A stretch of DNA of 63,148 bases, counting the filler, from Rhabdomonas costata (lineage: Eukaryota), in NCBI GenBank assembly GCA_019059605.1. It is 28 parts of 28 records of this genome, joined end to end, with 100 filler letters (N's around TTAATTAATTAA, not from the genome) between each part and the next. Parts side by side here need not be neighbours in the genome. Positions count along the whole stretch, not along the records: positions 11,300 to 13,458 come from JAHMHO010005180.1; positions 13,559 to 15,718 come from JAHMHO010005181.1; positions 15,819 to 17,976 come from JAHMHO010005182.1; positions 18,077 to 20,218 come from JAHMHO010005183.1; positions 20,319 to 22,477 come from JAHMHO010005184.1; positions 22,578 to 24,735 come from JAHMHO010005185.1; positions 24,836 to 26,994 come from JAHMHO010005186.1; 21 more parts are not named here. The stretch is one strand, 5' to 3'. Shown piece after piece: positions 11,972-25,036 of the stretch; positions within the stretch are counted from its first letter, which is position 1; each line of letters begins with the position of its first letter. The notes beneath the pieces are model-generated. The model saw nothing but the letters and a program-made list of their open reading frames with translations, searched no databases and was not told where the DNA came from. A program made the translations under genes and the position numbers.

Positions 11972-13558
11972 TCAAACGCGACGTCACACCTCATCAAAGA
12001 GATAACCTCACCAAACGAGAATGAATCACTTGAAGCTCAAAAGCAAGTTGGTAAACTGAACCAGGTTGCACACGAACCTGCCAGTCCAAAGGTATAAAAT
12101 GTGCAGCAACTTATAGTCAAATATACAGGACCCAAAAAAAAATTAAAACGATGGATAACTCATTCGTGCATTGCTTTTCAAGCGTCGAAAATTGTGCTAC
12201 TGGAATTTCCATCTCCATCAACTCAGATGTGAACGTAAATCCCTGTGATGCATTATCCATGAGAAAAACAAGACAATGAGATATGAACTAATTTGTTGTT
12301 TCCTTCCCTGGGAGTCAAAATGTCCCCACCCATCCCTCCTATGCAATTGGCACTAATACAAAGTTGTAAGGCACAGGGGCAATGGTGTTTAACTAGTGCT
12401 AACCATAATTACCACTCCTCTCAGTGACTGTATATCTCCAAGTGGTGCAATTTACCTCCACCCTCCACTTTGAACACCTACAAAAACAGAAAACATGCAT
12501 CGCCCCCAAACCCCTCACCTCCTGACCTCTAAAACTTCTCCAGGAGACTATTTCCCGAATTGCCAACAGGGGATTCAGAAAAAAAAGAGCGAATAACAAA
12601 CCGATGATCACCACCCCCCCGAACCCGAAGCAAGCGTCGGATGAACACTGTCGTTGGTGTTGTCTGAAGTTGTGTCATGTGAAGCCCCTAAACTGTATAA
12701 CAAAAGCGCTGCATGTCTGCAGCAGTCCTGTTCTCTCGCGGCCTGTGCAGCAACCGTAAGCAACCTCTTCCCCCTGAGTCAGTATGTTACGGAGGATGTT
12801 GATGGAAGGGATTAGCAGTGTCGAAGGGAGAGCGTTCACTAACGCTGAAGTGCAAAGCTCGCCGCGCGCTCCCCAATCATCACTGCCAAGGCGTGGGTCC
12901 CTCCTGCGCAAAAACCGCAAAACGACAGGAAAGAACAGGAACCTAACTCCAACCCTGTAACTCCCTTGACACCCAGTCAGCAACAAACCGGATCTCTTGT
13001 AAAAGACGTGCAGTTGTCAGATGCGCGGTAGATATGCGAGAGCTGCTTTCAGGGGCAGAAGCTTTCACGGTGGTCTGCATGATTTTGTCCAGCCGCGTGA
13101 TAATCAAAACTTTGTGGGCTTAAGATGTCAGCATCAGCACAATTGCATCGGTGCGTACAGGTTTCGAGGTAACCTCCATCCCACATCATGTGAAAACTAA
13201 ACCGATTCCGCCTGTTCCGTTGAGTTGTCGAGGCAATAGAGGCTCTGGACAACCAACCTTGAAAAGCGTAAACGCACTGGCGATTTCTGGAGAAGAGCGA
13301 AGCTGCGGTCCTACGCGGAGAAGGCTGAATTGCTTTTTCTCAACTCGGAGTCTGTCAGCCAATGGGACGTAACTCTACATACGTTACGGGTATGAATTCA
13401 AGATGTAAGAACTTGCCAGAGTTGTGATCCAGATAATTAGTCAACATCCACAACCCCCNNNNNNNNNNNNNNNNNNNNNNNNNNNNNNNNNNNNNNNNNN
13501 NNTTAATTAATTAANNNNNNNNNNNNNNNNNNNNNNNNNNNNNNNNNNNNNNNNNNNN

Positions 13559-15049
13559 GGGACTGCCACACCAATGCCTCACGAGTCCAGCGATCTGTAA
13601 ACGAAACGTCGAGAAAGCAATCGTTCTTCCACTCAATTCAGAATCCGTACAATCGGCCTCCGAGATGCCGCAGATTTCGCCTTTGGCAAAACAAGCGGCA
13701 TCGAACATCGAACGTAAACCAGCTGGAAGGCGACTCGAGGTAACCCAAATTCCAAATGTTTGAAAAGAGTGGGCTATCCCGCTGAAAGCCATGTAACACG
13801 GAGTTTGTGGAGAACCAGAGACACAGTACCAGGTGTCCCATTTAACTCTGGGAGTGGAATTATTTACTAAAGAAGATAGACAGGTGACAGGTATCATGGC
13901 AGTAAATAATGGCGCTCGACGTACTTCTGCCAGACCTACGCCCCCGGGTTCCAGAGCAACGTCAGAAATTTCAAGCGCAGTACCTCACTGCCCAGAGTAT
14001 GGTGGGACACCGGGACACCCTAAATAATGGGCACGAAGCACCCATGTGGGTACACAGCGCATGCACACGTGTACACGAGTGCGTTTATGGTAAAGCGGAA
14101 GAGGGCAGGCAAACCGGGTTGCATCGGTGATACGGCTGTTGTGGGTCTGCACACACTCGGTGAAGTATTGCTTGTTCCAGTCCGATGCGATTTTCCACAA
14201 TGGATTTGATATTACAAACCATATGATTTATTGTTTTGTGCTTCTCATCTGCCGCTCTGGTTGATTATTGGACCGAGAAGCTGTCCGAATACATCGGTAT
14301 TGATTTCATTGTTCCTGTGGGGAGCGGCGATATCGGGAGCCGGTTACCAATCCAGTAAATGATACCCTCCATCTGTAGGGGTTTACTCCGGATTTGCAAA
14401 GGGTGTTTTTCGACTTTAAACGGCAGTCAACACCTTAAGCAGCTGCTGTGTTGTTGTTGAGAGTAACCTTTATTAAGGGGACTTGAACAGCAAGGGTGAC
14501 CTGCGAACGACGCTTCTGGAGATGGGGGTTCCGACTGGCTAACACCGCACTCGTTGCCATAGTGTCTGTGGTAGGTGGGGCGCGGTTACCTAGGGCTTCT
14601 GCTGTTCCATCGGCGCTTACATGGCAGGAATGGTCCGGCGCCAAACCGCCTACCACTGGGAATGTGGTGGGGAATTTGGATGTGGATTTTTTTTCAAATC
14701 TAGAACTGGGGATGGTATGCACAGACCTGAAGACAGCGCCAGACGTGAAAGAAGTTGACTTGTTCAAGCTTGTTATGGCGGTCTTTTTTCAGAAGAATCT
14801 GGTCCAAGAAAAGGGCATTCGGCACTGTAACTGTCCAATAACATATTTCAGGGCAAATTTTATGTCATGAAATTTCCCACGTTTTTTTACATTGGGGGCA
14901 GAGTTGAGCGGCATTGGCAACACCATTTGAAAGTCGGCGGAAAGGCACATAGTCTCATGTGGGGAGCGCGTTACAGCAAATGAAACCGTCAAGACGAAAT
15001 TGATGCCAACAACAAACTGATGCTAATGACATGTGAGCGGCAAATTCAT
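13559..15049 (-). pseudogene. Intronless decayed leishmanolysin/GP63 (peptidase M8)-like gene, continuing across the terminal repeat into 15610-15422
   Basis: Colinear GP63-like segments: hydrophobic N-terminus; FPVVGGLAPDHSCHVSADG (cf. VPSEEGVLAWATTCQTFSDG); LNNNTAAA* (cf. INSSTAVAK); IINQSGR*EAQNNKS (cf. IFQDLGFYQADFSKA); HYLGCPGVPPYSGQ* (cf. FMDYCPVVVPYSDGSC); GPI-like hydrophobic tail. About 560 codons in total, with in-frame stops and no HExxH. Confidence 0.6.
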
Positions 15050-15718
15050 TACCACGGACGGCAAGCAGCGCCTACTTGGATGTCACACAGGAACATCGTA
15101 ACGGAGATGAAATTTTACCATAAGCAGTCAAGTTTGCGGGGTCTATCCGTGATGCCTTCGGAGTGTTCTCTTGCGCCCCTTGCCCCGCGAGCTTTTTTCT
15201 AACCGATGGGGGTTTTGTTGGTAGGTGGACCGGTTTCGACCAGAACCGGGCAATGGTCAACTTTGGTCTTTTTTTTCCGTGTGGCGGGAAAGGCACTTTT
15301 TGCAAAGACTGAAGGAGAATAGGGAGAATGGGTGGTCATAAACCAAGAAATATTTGGATACTCTTTAATTTCTAGGCATCCAGGTTTTGTGATCTATGCA
15401 GAGATTGTTCTTCACTCGGAACTACAGCACGAAAAAGGAACTCAACACGGAAATGAATGTGACGGGCAGGGGTATAACTGCCACACCACCAAAAGTAGTT
15501 GCAAAGCCACCGGAACGGGAAGGACAGTGACACAAGGACAGGAGGCAGGGGACGAGCTCCATAGTAAGCGGCGGAGAGCAGGTATAGGGCAGTGGTATCC
15601 GGCACACCGTGGGACTGCCACACCAATGCCTCACGAGTCCAGCGATCTGTAAACGAAACGTCGAGAAAGCAATCGTTCTTCCACTCAATTCAGAATCCGT
15701 ACAATCGGCCTCCGAGAT
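13559..15718. repeat. Contig with identical 108-bp terminal direct repeat (unit 2052 bp): collapsed tandem array or circle
   Basis: 13559-13666 is identical to 15611-15718. Confidence 0.95.
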
Positions 15719-15843
15719 NNNNNNNNNNNNNNNNNNNNNNNNNNNNNNNNNNNNNNNNNNNNTTAATTAATTAANNNNNNNNNNNNNNNNNNNNNNNNNN
15801 NNNNNNNNNNNNNNNNNNGGGTGTGGGTATCGATTTTGTGGAA

Positions 15844-17400
15844 GCTTTGCTCGACGTCTTGCAATAGGAAATCCTACGACTGTACTGTTCGCTGGATTTC
15901 GTCACGCGTCCAAGGACTTCTTATACCGCGACGAGGTGCGCCTTCATTGCACTGAGTTGCTCAGAGCTCATGGCAGAGCACCTTTTTCCCCTTGGCCGCT
16001 GAGATTTACAATGATAACAGACAAGTTACAGCTGACTTTTACAATTCTCCTGTTTTCCTGTCAAACTCATTTTTTCTTTTATGCTGCTGTTTGTGTGAAG
16101 GACTCTTGAATTTGCTTTTTGTGGGTTTCTTCGTGGCCGTTGTGTTCCACTGCCGCTGAATGGGTTGTCCTTCGGAGCCGTCCAGTGCACCAGACACCAT
16201 GGCCATTTATCATTGGGCTCTGTTGAGTCATTGGCGCTGAAGGAAAGGTCTTGTGGTATTTGCTAGTAATGAAAAGTGACCTTCAGCCATATCAAATTCA
16301 TTCTGTTGGGCCGGATCTGGAAGCCATGCTTAGATCTGATGCAACTCTCAGCTTCGATGTCTTAGTTCCGGTTTTTCCTCTCTGCCACATGACCACAGCT
16401 ACTGCAGTTCCAGCAGAAGGGCACCTTAACGCTGTTCACGGCGTTCTCCCGCGACCAAGGTCACAAGGTATTTGTTTGTCAGTGCACAAAGGTTTGAGAT
16501 TGTGCCATGCACAAGAAAGACCCATTATTTCCGAGCTGCTCTCATCCGGGATCTGTTGTTCTCAAAGCGCCTAGTTCTCCGTCCCATTTTCTATGTTCTC
16601 TCAACGAAATTAGAAGCTGTCTCACTGACTAGTGATTTGCATGTTTATTGTCATGCGTATAATTCTTGTTGCGCTACCTTACGATCGTAGCCGTTCCTGA
16701 AACATGCCGAGTTCTGATCGCTTGCACATCGATCGGTTGAGCCTGCTCACAATAAAGTGTCCTGTTGAAGTACCCGAAGAACAGGCCCGCCCTCTGAACT
16801 TTGCTCATCGCCCGCGAACTGTTTTTGTGACCACGAAGTCTATTCCGTTTTTTTTTGCTTTTATGCTTTTTCATCTTGGGTTTGCGGACAGGTCTACGTG
16901 CAAACTCGCATGTTGGAAAATGCAGAGCTGCTCGCCAAGCTGATTTTGGAGCACGAAGCTGTTGTGTACATTTCCGGGTAGTTTTTTGTTTCGGTTTCTG
17001 CGTTTGTTAAGCTAAACATTTCCAGAGACGCTGACAGAGAGAGCGCGGGACAAACGTTTTTCAGTTATGTTGGTGTTGTACGCAACAATACCTTCGCTGA
17101 AATGGCTCAACTTTCTCCTTGAAAAGCTGATTTCCCTTTATATTACGTCCGTCTTGAGTACTCGTTGAAACGGTTCGAAAGGGGAACCCTTTTGTGCATC
17201 TGCCCCGTTTGTTCGGAAAGCCCATGCCTAAGGGTTGCAAAGAGCGAAATTAAGCCGTTCTGTCGACTTTGGATCAAAACTATGCTTCTATGCAGACCTT
17301 CTACAACTGTTTTTTTTGTAGGAATTATTATTTTGCAGGAACGCAAAGCAGATGCCCAGCGACGTAGTTTGCGCTCTGGAGGATATTCTCAGCAGGGGAC
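15844..17400 (+). CDS. NDOR1: NADPH-dependent diflavin oxidoreductase 1 (Tah18), C-terminal exons ~15844-15935, 16399-16467, 16892-16977, 17339-17400
   Basis: VLFAGFRHASKDFLYRDE|LLQFQQKGTLTLFTAFSRDQGHK|VYVQTRMLENAELLAKLILEHEAVVYISG|NAKQMPSDV. In-phase GT-AG junctions. GNAK.MP.DV is NDOR1-like. Confidence 0.9.
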
Positions 17401-18076
17401 GTACTGTGGACTATGCCCGTGGCGTTATCTCTACAATGAAGCGGACATCTCGGCTGCTCTTTGACACCTGGTCATGATAGCAGCTAACCCCACAACAATT
17501 TCTTGAGAGGTGGGCGCCTCCTCGAGGCCTACCATTGCCTTTGCTGTACTGTGTGACTGCACATGTTCTGTGCTGTGCAACCTTTTCTGCTGCAATTGCG
17601 GACACAAGTGACTGGTGTGAGCCATTATTCCCGGATATACTTTCAGAAGATGCCAACCATGGGATCCTCACCTGCCATCTGTGCATTTATTTTGAAAGAA
17701 AGTCGCAAAAAAAAAGTGCCTCTCCTTTTGCAAAAGAAAAGTATACATGAAAAGAAAAAGTTGCTGTCCATGTCCTTTCAATGTTCCTTTTGGACTTTTG
17801 GAGGTTTGGAGGGGAGGGAATTCCGTTTTTCACCCATATTGTCGTAATGAAATGCAACTGTGGCTGTTCTTACGAAGTTGCGTGGGTGAAGTGGATGCCT
17901 TTTTTATATAGAAAACCTCTTGTGCTTCCGAGAATTCACACAATTTGCTGACAATCTTTACTTTGAGGCAATTGAANNNNNNNNNNNNNNNNNNNNNNNN
18001 NNNNNNNNNNNNNNNNNNNNTTAATTAATTAANNNNNNNNNNNNNNNNNNNNNNNNNNNNNNNNNNNNNNNNNNNN

Positions 18077-19787
18077 GGGGTGGTTGTGGAGTTGGGTCCG
18101 GCGTTGGCAAAGAGGAAGGTCGAGGCGTACAGACCCACAAAAACCCACTGCAGTCCGAGGCCCCAGGGGAAGGGGAGAAGGGGGAGAACAGGACATAATC
18201 GCATTCCCCCCTTCCCATCGGGCACGCGTATCGCACTCTAACCCCAACAACAGTTGACATCACCTCATCCGTTCTCAACACACACTGACCCTTCAGCACT
18301 CTTTCTTCTCACCAACCCATCGTTTTGAACAAACATACACACACAGTCATTCCCTAATTCAGGAGGACGGATGACTTGAGCAGCTGAGCAGCGCGATTTG
18401 TGCCAAAACCCCAGCAATGAATTCTGAAATTCGAAGTAACACTTCCTGCAGGGTTCCTGGAGAGAAACGTGGTGTGAAACGTAGAGGCACCGCGGAAATG
18501 GAAACCCGCTGCCTTTATACCCATCCCCATCACGGCTTCCCGGCTTCACCAAATCACCCATCCACAGCAATGGCTATATATAGGAGAGGTGGGGAGTGAC
18601 CGAGCGACACCAACATGATACCCGCCTTCCCTCCGAGCCGAATGGAAACTTTGCCACCACCCAAAGAGCGCAACGCCTCGTTTTGCATCTTAAGATCAAA
18701 CATTGCCACTTAAAAACCTACCAAAACCTGGGAGGGAGGTATGAACCGCACACTGCGGCAAGTGATGTGGTGGGAGAAAACCCGTGCTTCGACACCCAAA
18801 CGCGGAACGCTGGGATGCTCCAACCCCATTCACGAGCAGCCAAAAACCCATCCTTAATCCAGGCCTGGAGAACGACTTCTACCGCCTTTCCTCTTTCAAC
18901 ATAATCCCTCGCTTCAGCAGAAAATATGCGCAAACTTGGGAATGATTGCAGCCACTGCGTCTGAGATTCCTCCAGCCCCCCCCCTCCCTTCAGAGTGGAG
19001 AGGTGGGAGCGCGCAACCGGTTCGGAGCGGAGGGTGCTGTAGTAGTGCGCCAAAATGAGGTAGAGCACTGACATGGACAGAAAGCCCACAAGCTGAGGAC
19101 AGGGCAGCAACAGTGGCACCCAACCGCCCAACCTGCACTCCTCAGGCAAACGACACCTCCACAGATTGAAATGCCCCTTCCAAGAAACGTGTCCTGGGCA
19201 TTTCGGAGACGCTTGCATGCAATCAACCGTGTTTGCAGACTCGGGCAGGTCCGACGTAAAACCACAGGCGAGCTTTCAACGCGCACTATTGATTCTGGAA
19301 CCAGTCTCTGGGCAAGGCACACATGCACAACGACAGTTACATTATTAGATGAAAAACTGTCCGACAGCTGGAACAAAGCGACGCAGCGAAATAGAAGGGA
19401 AACAGCAATCGAAACGTCCTCCCTTGCATCACCATCTCGCAAACCAAGCCCTCCAACCTGGGCAAGTGAAAGTGTTGCGGAGTCGCGTCGCGGCTGTGTC
19501 GCTCTGGCCTTGGAGACAGGTCAACATAAAACCAAAGACAATGTCCAAATGAAAAGAGCTCAAGAGGTATGGGGCCCAGGGAACCTGCAGAGTCTTCAGG
19601 GACCGGGAGGTCCACCCCACATACACCGCTGCCGCGACGAAGCCTAGAATGGGAAACATCGAGAGGTACAGGTTGTGCACAACAATGAAAAACGGGCTGT
19701 GGGAGCGCCCAAAGACGTCCTCGATCACCAGCGCCGAGAACAACCCGTTGGCATAGAACATCACGTCGAAGCAGAACCACGTCCCGC
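18077..19787 (-). CDS. PHO84/PHT1-family phosphate:H+ symporter (MFS), partial (exons 19787-19585, 19092-19018, 18147-18077)
   Basis: GTWFCFDVMFYANGLF...LKTLQ|LVGFLSMSVLYLILA..RSEP|WVFVGLYASTFLFANAGPNSTT carries the family motifs WF..D..FY, Q..GF and NFGPN.TT. Confidence 0.9.
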
Positions 19788-20454
19788 CTTGAAAAATGAG
19801 CATTACTGGGGCACAAGGGGTGCTCCGAGGTAAATAGAAGTAACCTCAACACACCGTACATTCCTGATCTTACCCACCTCCCAACTCCATCCGCCCCCTT
19901 ATTCAGGCCTTGCAATTCTGGAAGGCATTACCTCTGAACAAGCAAGAAAGGAAATCGCCCGTAGCGAGGCCGAAGCCCTCAGACAGAGCTGCGGAACCAG
20001 AATAGCCTCTGCCCAAAAATGCAAAATGAATAATCAATGCACATCGACAAGAAAACTGGTTCAGTGGATTGCCGTGGACCAGCGATGTCATTTCTGGCGA
20101 GCAGCGAGGGGAAGGCGGCAATGCTTCGCTTTGGACAGCGACAGCCTGTTACTAAGAGGAAGAAGGCATGGCGACGTGACACACAAAGAAGAGATTCCGC
20201 ACGCAATTCCACACCACANNNNNNNNNNNNNNNNNNNNNNNNNNNNNNNNNNNNNNNNNNNNTTAATTAATTAANNNNNNNNNNNNNNNNNNNNNNNNNN
20301 NNNNNNNNNNNNNNNNNNGTGTTGGGGTGATGGAGAGACTGAAGCGTGTGAGAAACGGGAATGGGTGAGCAGATTCACGATTCACCTGGATTCACCTGGT
20401 ACAATGGGACGCAGAGGCCCCACAGGTTTCGTCGCCAGTATCAGTCCCAAACCC

Positions 20455-20850
20455 TGGGCGGTGCGTGGCTGACTTCTCCTCTCCGAGGCGCCTACAACTA
20501 CTGTGCCAGCGGTGGCTGGGGGTTCCCGCGTTTTACTCCCTCGAGGCTGCCTTTTGCCTCGCCTGCGGTTCTTTGGGGCACTTTCCCAAGGACCACCTGC
20601 TGTGCGGGTGGTCCTTGGTCCTCCGTGATCAATATGGGTGCCGCAACCTCCGGGAAGCAGCGAGTTTCGCCGTTGGGCGCGAGCACAGGGTCAAGCCGAC
20701 CTCGCTGAAACGCCCGGATGAACTCCTTACCCAAGGGTTTGACCGAGGCACCTCCGTAGCGGTGGACGAATCACAGAAGACGGAGCAGTGCAATGACACC
20801 TGCCAACGTGGGGGGTCACGCTAGAGCTGGGCTGGCTGGGGCCCGGCTTC
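20455..20850 (+). pseudogene. Possible decayed non-LTR retroelement C-terminal region (Cys/His knuckle, RNase H-like start)
   Basis: GGAWL; QRWLG; FCLACGSLGHFPKDHLLCG (CX2C...H...C-like); VAVDES (cf. vxTDGS). Frames are interrupted. Confidence 0.3.
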
Positions 20851-22054
20851 CGCGGCCTTCCAGCAGACACTCTTTTGTGCGTATCGCTCGAGACATCCAC
20901 TGAACACCTCCGCGCTGTTCTCTTCCCTGTGGGGCAGGGTCTCAGTCAGCCTGGCGAAGAGGCTGGGAGGCATGAGAAGCGCGGTGGTGGTGGACGATCT
21001 GGAATTACAGAATGAGTGATTCCCGCACCTGTGTACCCGGCCCATTCTAAACATCTGAGTGGTCGGGGGCCGATCACTCACGAGGGACAGACCTTCTGTC
21101 ATATCCGATGTGCCAGGGACGCCAGGGGACAAGACCCAATCGTGCAAATCGCTGCGGCGTCGGACCTGGGGAAGTGCAGTGAACCCGTTTTCACAAGACG
21201 TTGTCGACGGGCAACCAAAAATCTGAGATTACCAAAAGTACGATGATTGATGTCTCCTCAATGCTAAAGAAGATGTAAAAATCAATAGTGTCTTCTTCTA
21301 TCACCATCCAGCGAACCTAAATTTTGGTGTCAGGTCATTTATCCTGATTACAAAGCCGAATCAGAATGAGCAATATCGCGAAAGACTTCGAACTGAAGGG
21401 TCTGAGGGACTTGTGCGTCTTCCTTGGCTACGGTATAAGCATGAAGAATACGACTGTCGGGAGCCACTTCGACATTTCGAGCCAACTTGCTGCGAAAAAG
21501 TTGCCCGTCTTCACAGAGAAAGTACTGTATTCCTTGCTTTGGGCACCCTTACCCCCAAGTCTGGTTCGGGGTAGAGGGATGATTCAGTGATTTCAAAGCG
21601 GATTTCGAAGAGTTGAGTTTCTGGAAGTGAACGGAGAGTTTTATCGCGATCAGAAGGAAGTATGACCGTGATGAGGAGTCATCCACAGGAGAAGATTGCC
21701 GTGCAAGGGGTAGCAGTTTGATCATACGGAGACAACCGTTGTGTCGCTGACGCTGACGACGAGACGACGTCGAGAAAACAGCGCCTTTCAGCTCTGCAAT
21801 CACTGTCACACGATCTCCAGTCACTCGCTGTTGTGCTGTTTCTTCGACACACTTTTTACGGCTTTGTTCTTTGGTTCGAGAGCCACGGAAAAATAAGCTT
21901 GCAAGCTCAATGTCCACCTCTTGATTGCTCTCCAGGGAGAGGTGAAGTCCACCCTGTGCCCCCCAATTTGTTTCCCCCACTTCTTCCAACCCAGCCTCGT
22001 GTTTCCTTCGTTTGCCCCCGTGCCTCTCTTAGAATTTTTCGTGAGGTTCCTCTC

Positions 22055-22411
22055 TTAGAATGCGCTTGTCAACAGCCCACAGGTATTGAACTCTAATGAT
22101 GATTGGTGCTGTTTCGGCCATGGGGCGTTGAAGGCTTTTCGCAACACACGTAAGTTGAAAGAGATGTTCAAAATTCGAAAATAAAAAAAACACTTGCCAG
22201 TTCTGGGCCAGTAACGTCCGCTGGGGCGGTCTTCCTTAATGGGAACAATCCAGAGAGGCTTCGTGTTCCAACATAACACAAGACAAGACAAGTGATTACT
22301 TTCTCGGGTCATCGCAAAGTCCTGGTTCAAGTCATTGAGCCATCCCTCGTCATCAAGAATCCAACGCTGGTTTGACTGTGCCACGAGCGAAGTCGCCCTC
22401 AGATTTGTCAA
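22055..22411 (-). pseudogene. Ulp1/C48 cysteine-protease-like domain, degenerate
   Basis: Motifs in the expected order: LDDEGWLND, WIVPI...GRYW (cf. HW), PKQ...NTCGLLTSAF (cf. P.Q.N..DCG). Confidence 0.4.
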
Positions 22412-23064
22412 ACAGAATCGACTTCAGCGAGAAGCCATGCCGATCCTGTGCGTTGTAGTTATCATCCCACCACCCACNNNNNNNNNNNNNNNNNNNNNNN
22501 NNNNNNNNNNNNNNNNNNNNNTTAATTAATTAANNNNNNNNNNNNNNNNNNNNNNNNNNNNNNNNNNNNNNNNNNNNTTTGTGTGGTGAAAAAGAAAAAG
22601 TCCACAACAAAAAGATAATCCCAGTTTTCAACACCCGAACAAGATTCGGGGAAGGAAGCACACTTGAGAGCACTGGGCCAACGCCAGGACTCACCAAGTC
22701 ACCAGAACTCATCCATTTCGTCCTTTCTTTTCAATCTAAGCTGCTCACAAAAATTCAGGGCGTGTGATAAAAGAGAGGATGTAAGCTCCAAATGGCAGCG
22801 CGCCCAGTTTTGACAGTTTCACAACACATATGTTGCGTGACCATTACAGAAGTAAGCCTTCAGGGCATCGCTGCCATTGCGTTTCATTTTCTCAATGTCA
22901 GGGGATGGTTTCCCGCAAGACCGGCTGATCTTTTTTTTTGTTCTCGTAGCATTTTGGAATTGGGATGCGCGAGACATCTGTCCTTTATCGTCCAGAAAAA
23001 AACGACGAATTTCAGGCATCCCCAACCAATTGAACCAACTGAGTTTCCCGCCTTTTGTACCAAC

Positions 23065-24334
23065 CCAAGACTCGCAGACCGGTCTGCTCCGTTCCCGACA
23101 GCAAGGAGGAGTGGTTGTTGCGGGCCAGGATGCGCAGGTACTCACAGTGCCTGGCATGCCGGCGGTGCTCCTCCCTTTGCATCCCACCCGCCAGAATATA
23201 TACACTGCGGGCAAGAAGCATGCTGTTGTGTAGAAGTACCCACGCGAACCAATTCAGCCCGCCCCCCCTCTCCCATCCAGCGACCATGCGATACCATGGA
23301 ACCAACAAGGGGAGGTAATCTATCCAATTCCAGAATGGCAGCCCGTGGTGGACGGGGAACTGAAGCCGTTTCTATGCGAGCCTCAGAAGGCTTCTGAATA
23401 CAGCGGGATGGGGTCCAAAAAAAAATCGGATGGTTGGCGGAATGCTGGAGAGTATTTTTACCGGGGGTGACAAGGGTGGTTGTCAAGCAACAATAAGCAA
23501 AAAGCAAGTGGGTGTGGGGGTTGTTTTGGGAGGGTGGAGACCCCCTTGCACAGGTAATAAAGTGGTTATCACAAAAAGAAGGACCACGCGAGATAAGTAG
23601 AAGGCTAATATGAAGTGGCAAAAAAAAACAGCCTCATAAGGAATGTCAAATGAGCGGAAGGGTGAAGGCGCAATCGCCGGCGTGCCAGTGTGGAGACACA
23701 GATGGCCACAGAACTCACCCAATGACATACAAGGGAATGTCCGTGACGTCCCACGCCACCAGGGAGGTGCCGCACATGAAACATGTGCACCTGCGATGCC
23801 ACAGTGAGGTGAAGCCGGAAGTGGGTTAGCCGTGGATATCCGTTGCAATACAGTCCTTCCGCATCACAACCCAGTAAACAAAAAGGAGCACGAAAATAAT
23901 CATTGCAGCAAGAAAACATGAGACAGTGGGGCTCTGTTGGAGGACCTATGCTAATACTAGCTTCTGAATAAAAATAATGATCGTAATGTAAGGCTGCCAC
24001 GGAGCAAACGTAAACAATCATAATTTCTGAATGCGCGACAAACGAACGAAAGAGGGGAAATTGATGATAAACATAACGTCCTGAGAAACATAACGTCGCG
24101 AGGCTCTCCAAGGTCCCTAGAGTACTAGAAAGCCGACTGCCAGGTCACTTTCCAATGAAGCAACACGGGAAGAGCCCCCCTTCTGCACCTGTCCGGATTT
24201 TCAGGGTTTGGGTTGTGGTAGAACCCGGCCTGGGCAAGCTTCCGCGGGGTAGCAGTCTTTGAGGTGGAGTGGGGCCAGTGCCGGAAGCTCTTGAACCGCG
24301 CCTCCTCGGAGGCAAACGTCGTCGATGCCGACAT
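23065..24334 (-). CDS. BIR (IAP/survivin-type) domain protein, 5' exons 24334-24189, 23790-23731, 23174-23065
   Basis: MSASTTFASEEARFKSFRHWPH...PRKLAQAGFYHNPNPENPDR|CTCFMCGTSLVAWDVTDIPL|EEHRRHARHCEYL is a complete BIR with CX2C...H...C zinc ligands. In-phase GT-AG introns. Confidence 0.92.
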
Positions 24335-25036
24335 CAACAGTCTGAAGCCCGGAGTGCTGCCCCGATGGGCCCCTTCCTCTTCCTTCCCTCGAGCGTGCGG
24401 GCCAACCCTCCAAGGCTCACCTCCGCATTCACGGCCCGTGCAGCTGAGCTGAGAATATCAACCACGTGCTCTTCTCAGACAGCCACTGGTCAGGGCGGGA
24501 ACAGAGGGAGAAGGAAAGTGCGAGGGCGGTCAGGGCAAGAAGGAGAGCTCCAAAACAGGGGCTGCCCCACCTCGCAAAGATTGCACCCTCACCTGCCTTT
24601 TCGGGTATAAAAAAGGATGACAAGGCGCTCAGAAGATATGTCAAAGAAAAAAGGAGCCCCAAAAAGGTTCCTGGACGGAAAAGAGGCAATAGTTCGGCTA
24701 TAGCACCCCCACCAGCAGTTCGGCTGAGACAACCCNNNNNNNNNNNNNNNNNNNNNNNNNNNNNNNNNNNNNNNNNNNNTTAATTAATTAANNNNNNNNN
24801 NNNNNNNNNNNNNNNNNNNNNNNNNNNNNNNNNNNTGTTGGTTGGGTTTGATTCGAAAAACGTTGCAGAAAACGTCTGAAAAAGTCTGAAGAGACTCCTT
24901 CGTTCGGAAATGTCGGAAATTCCCTCCCCTCTCTCCCGCACCACCTGTCCCCTGTCGGCCGCACGCCAAGCATTAGTTCTTTCCATTTCGTTTTCCGTTT
25001 TCCGTGGTGGGGGGGGGGGCGGACGGCTGTGGGCAC

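Noticed and set aside
13559-15718. CRESS virus, plasmid or stop-codon reassignment as the explanation for the self-overlapping contig
   Set aside because: No Rep motifs seen, and the interruptions include TAA, TAG, TGA and frameshifts, which fits decay rather than a variant genetic code.
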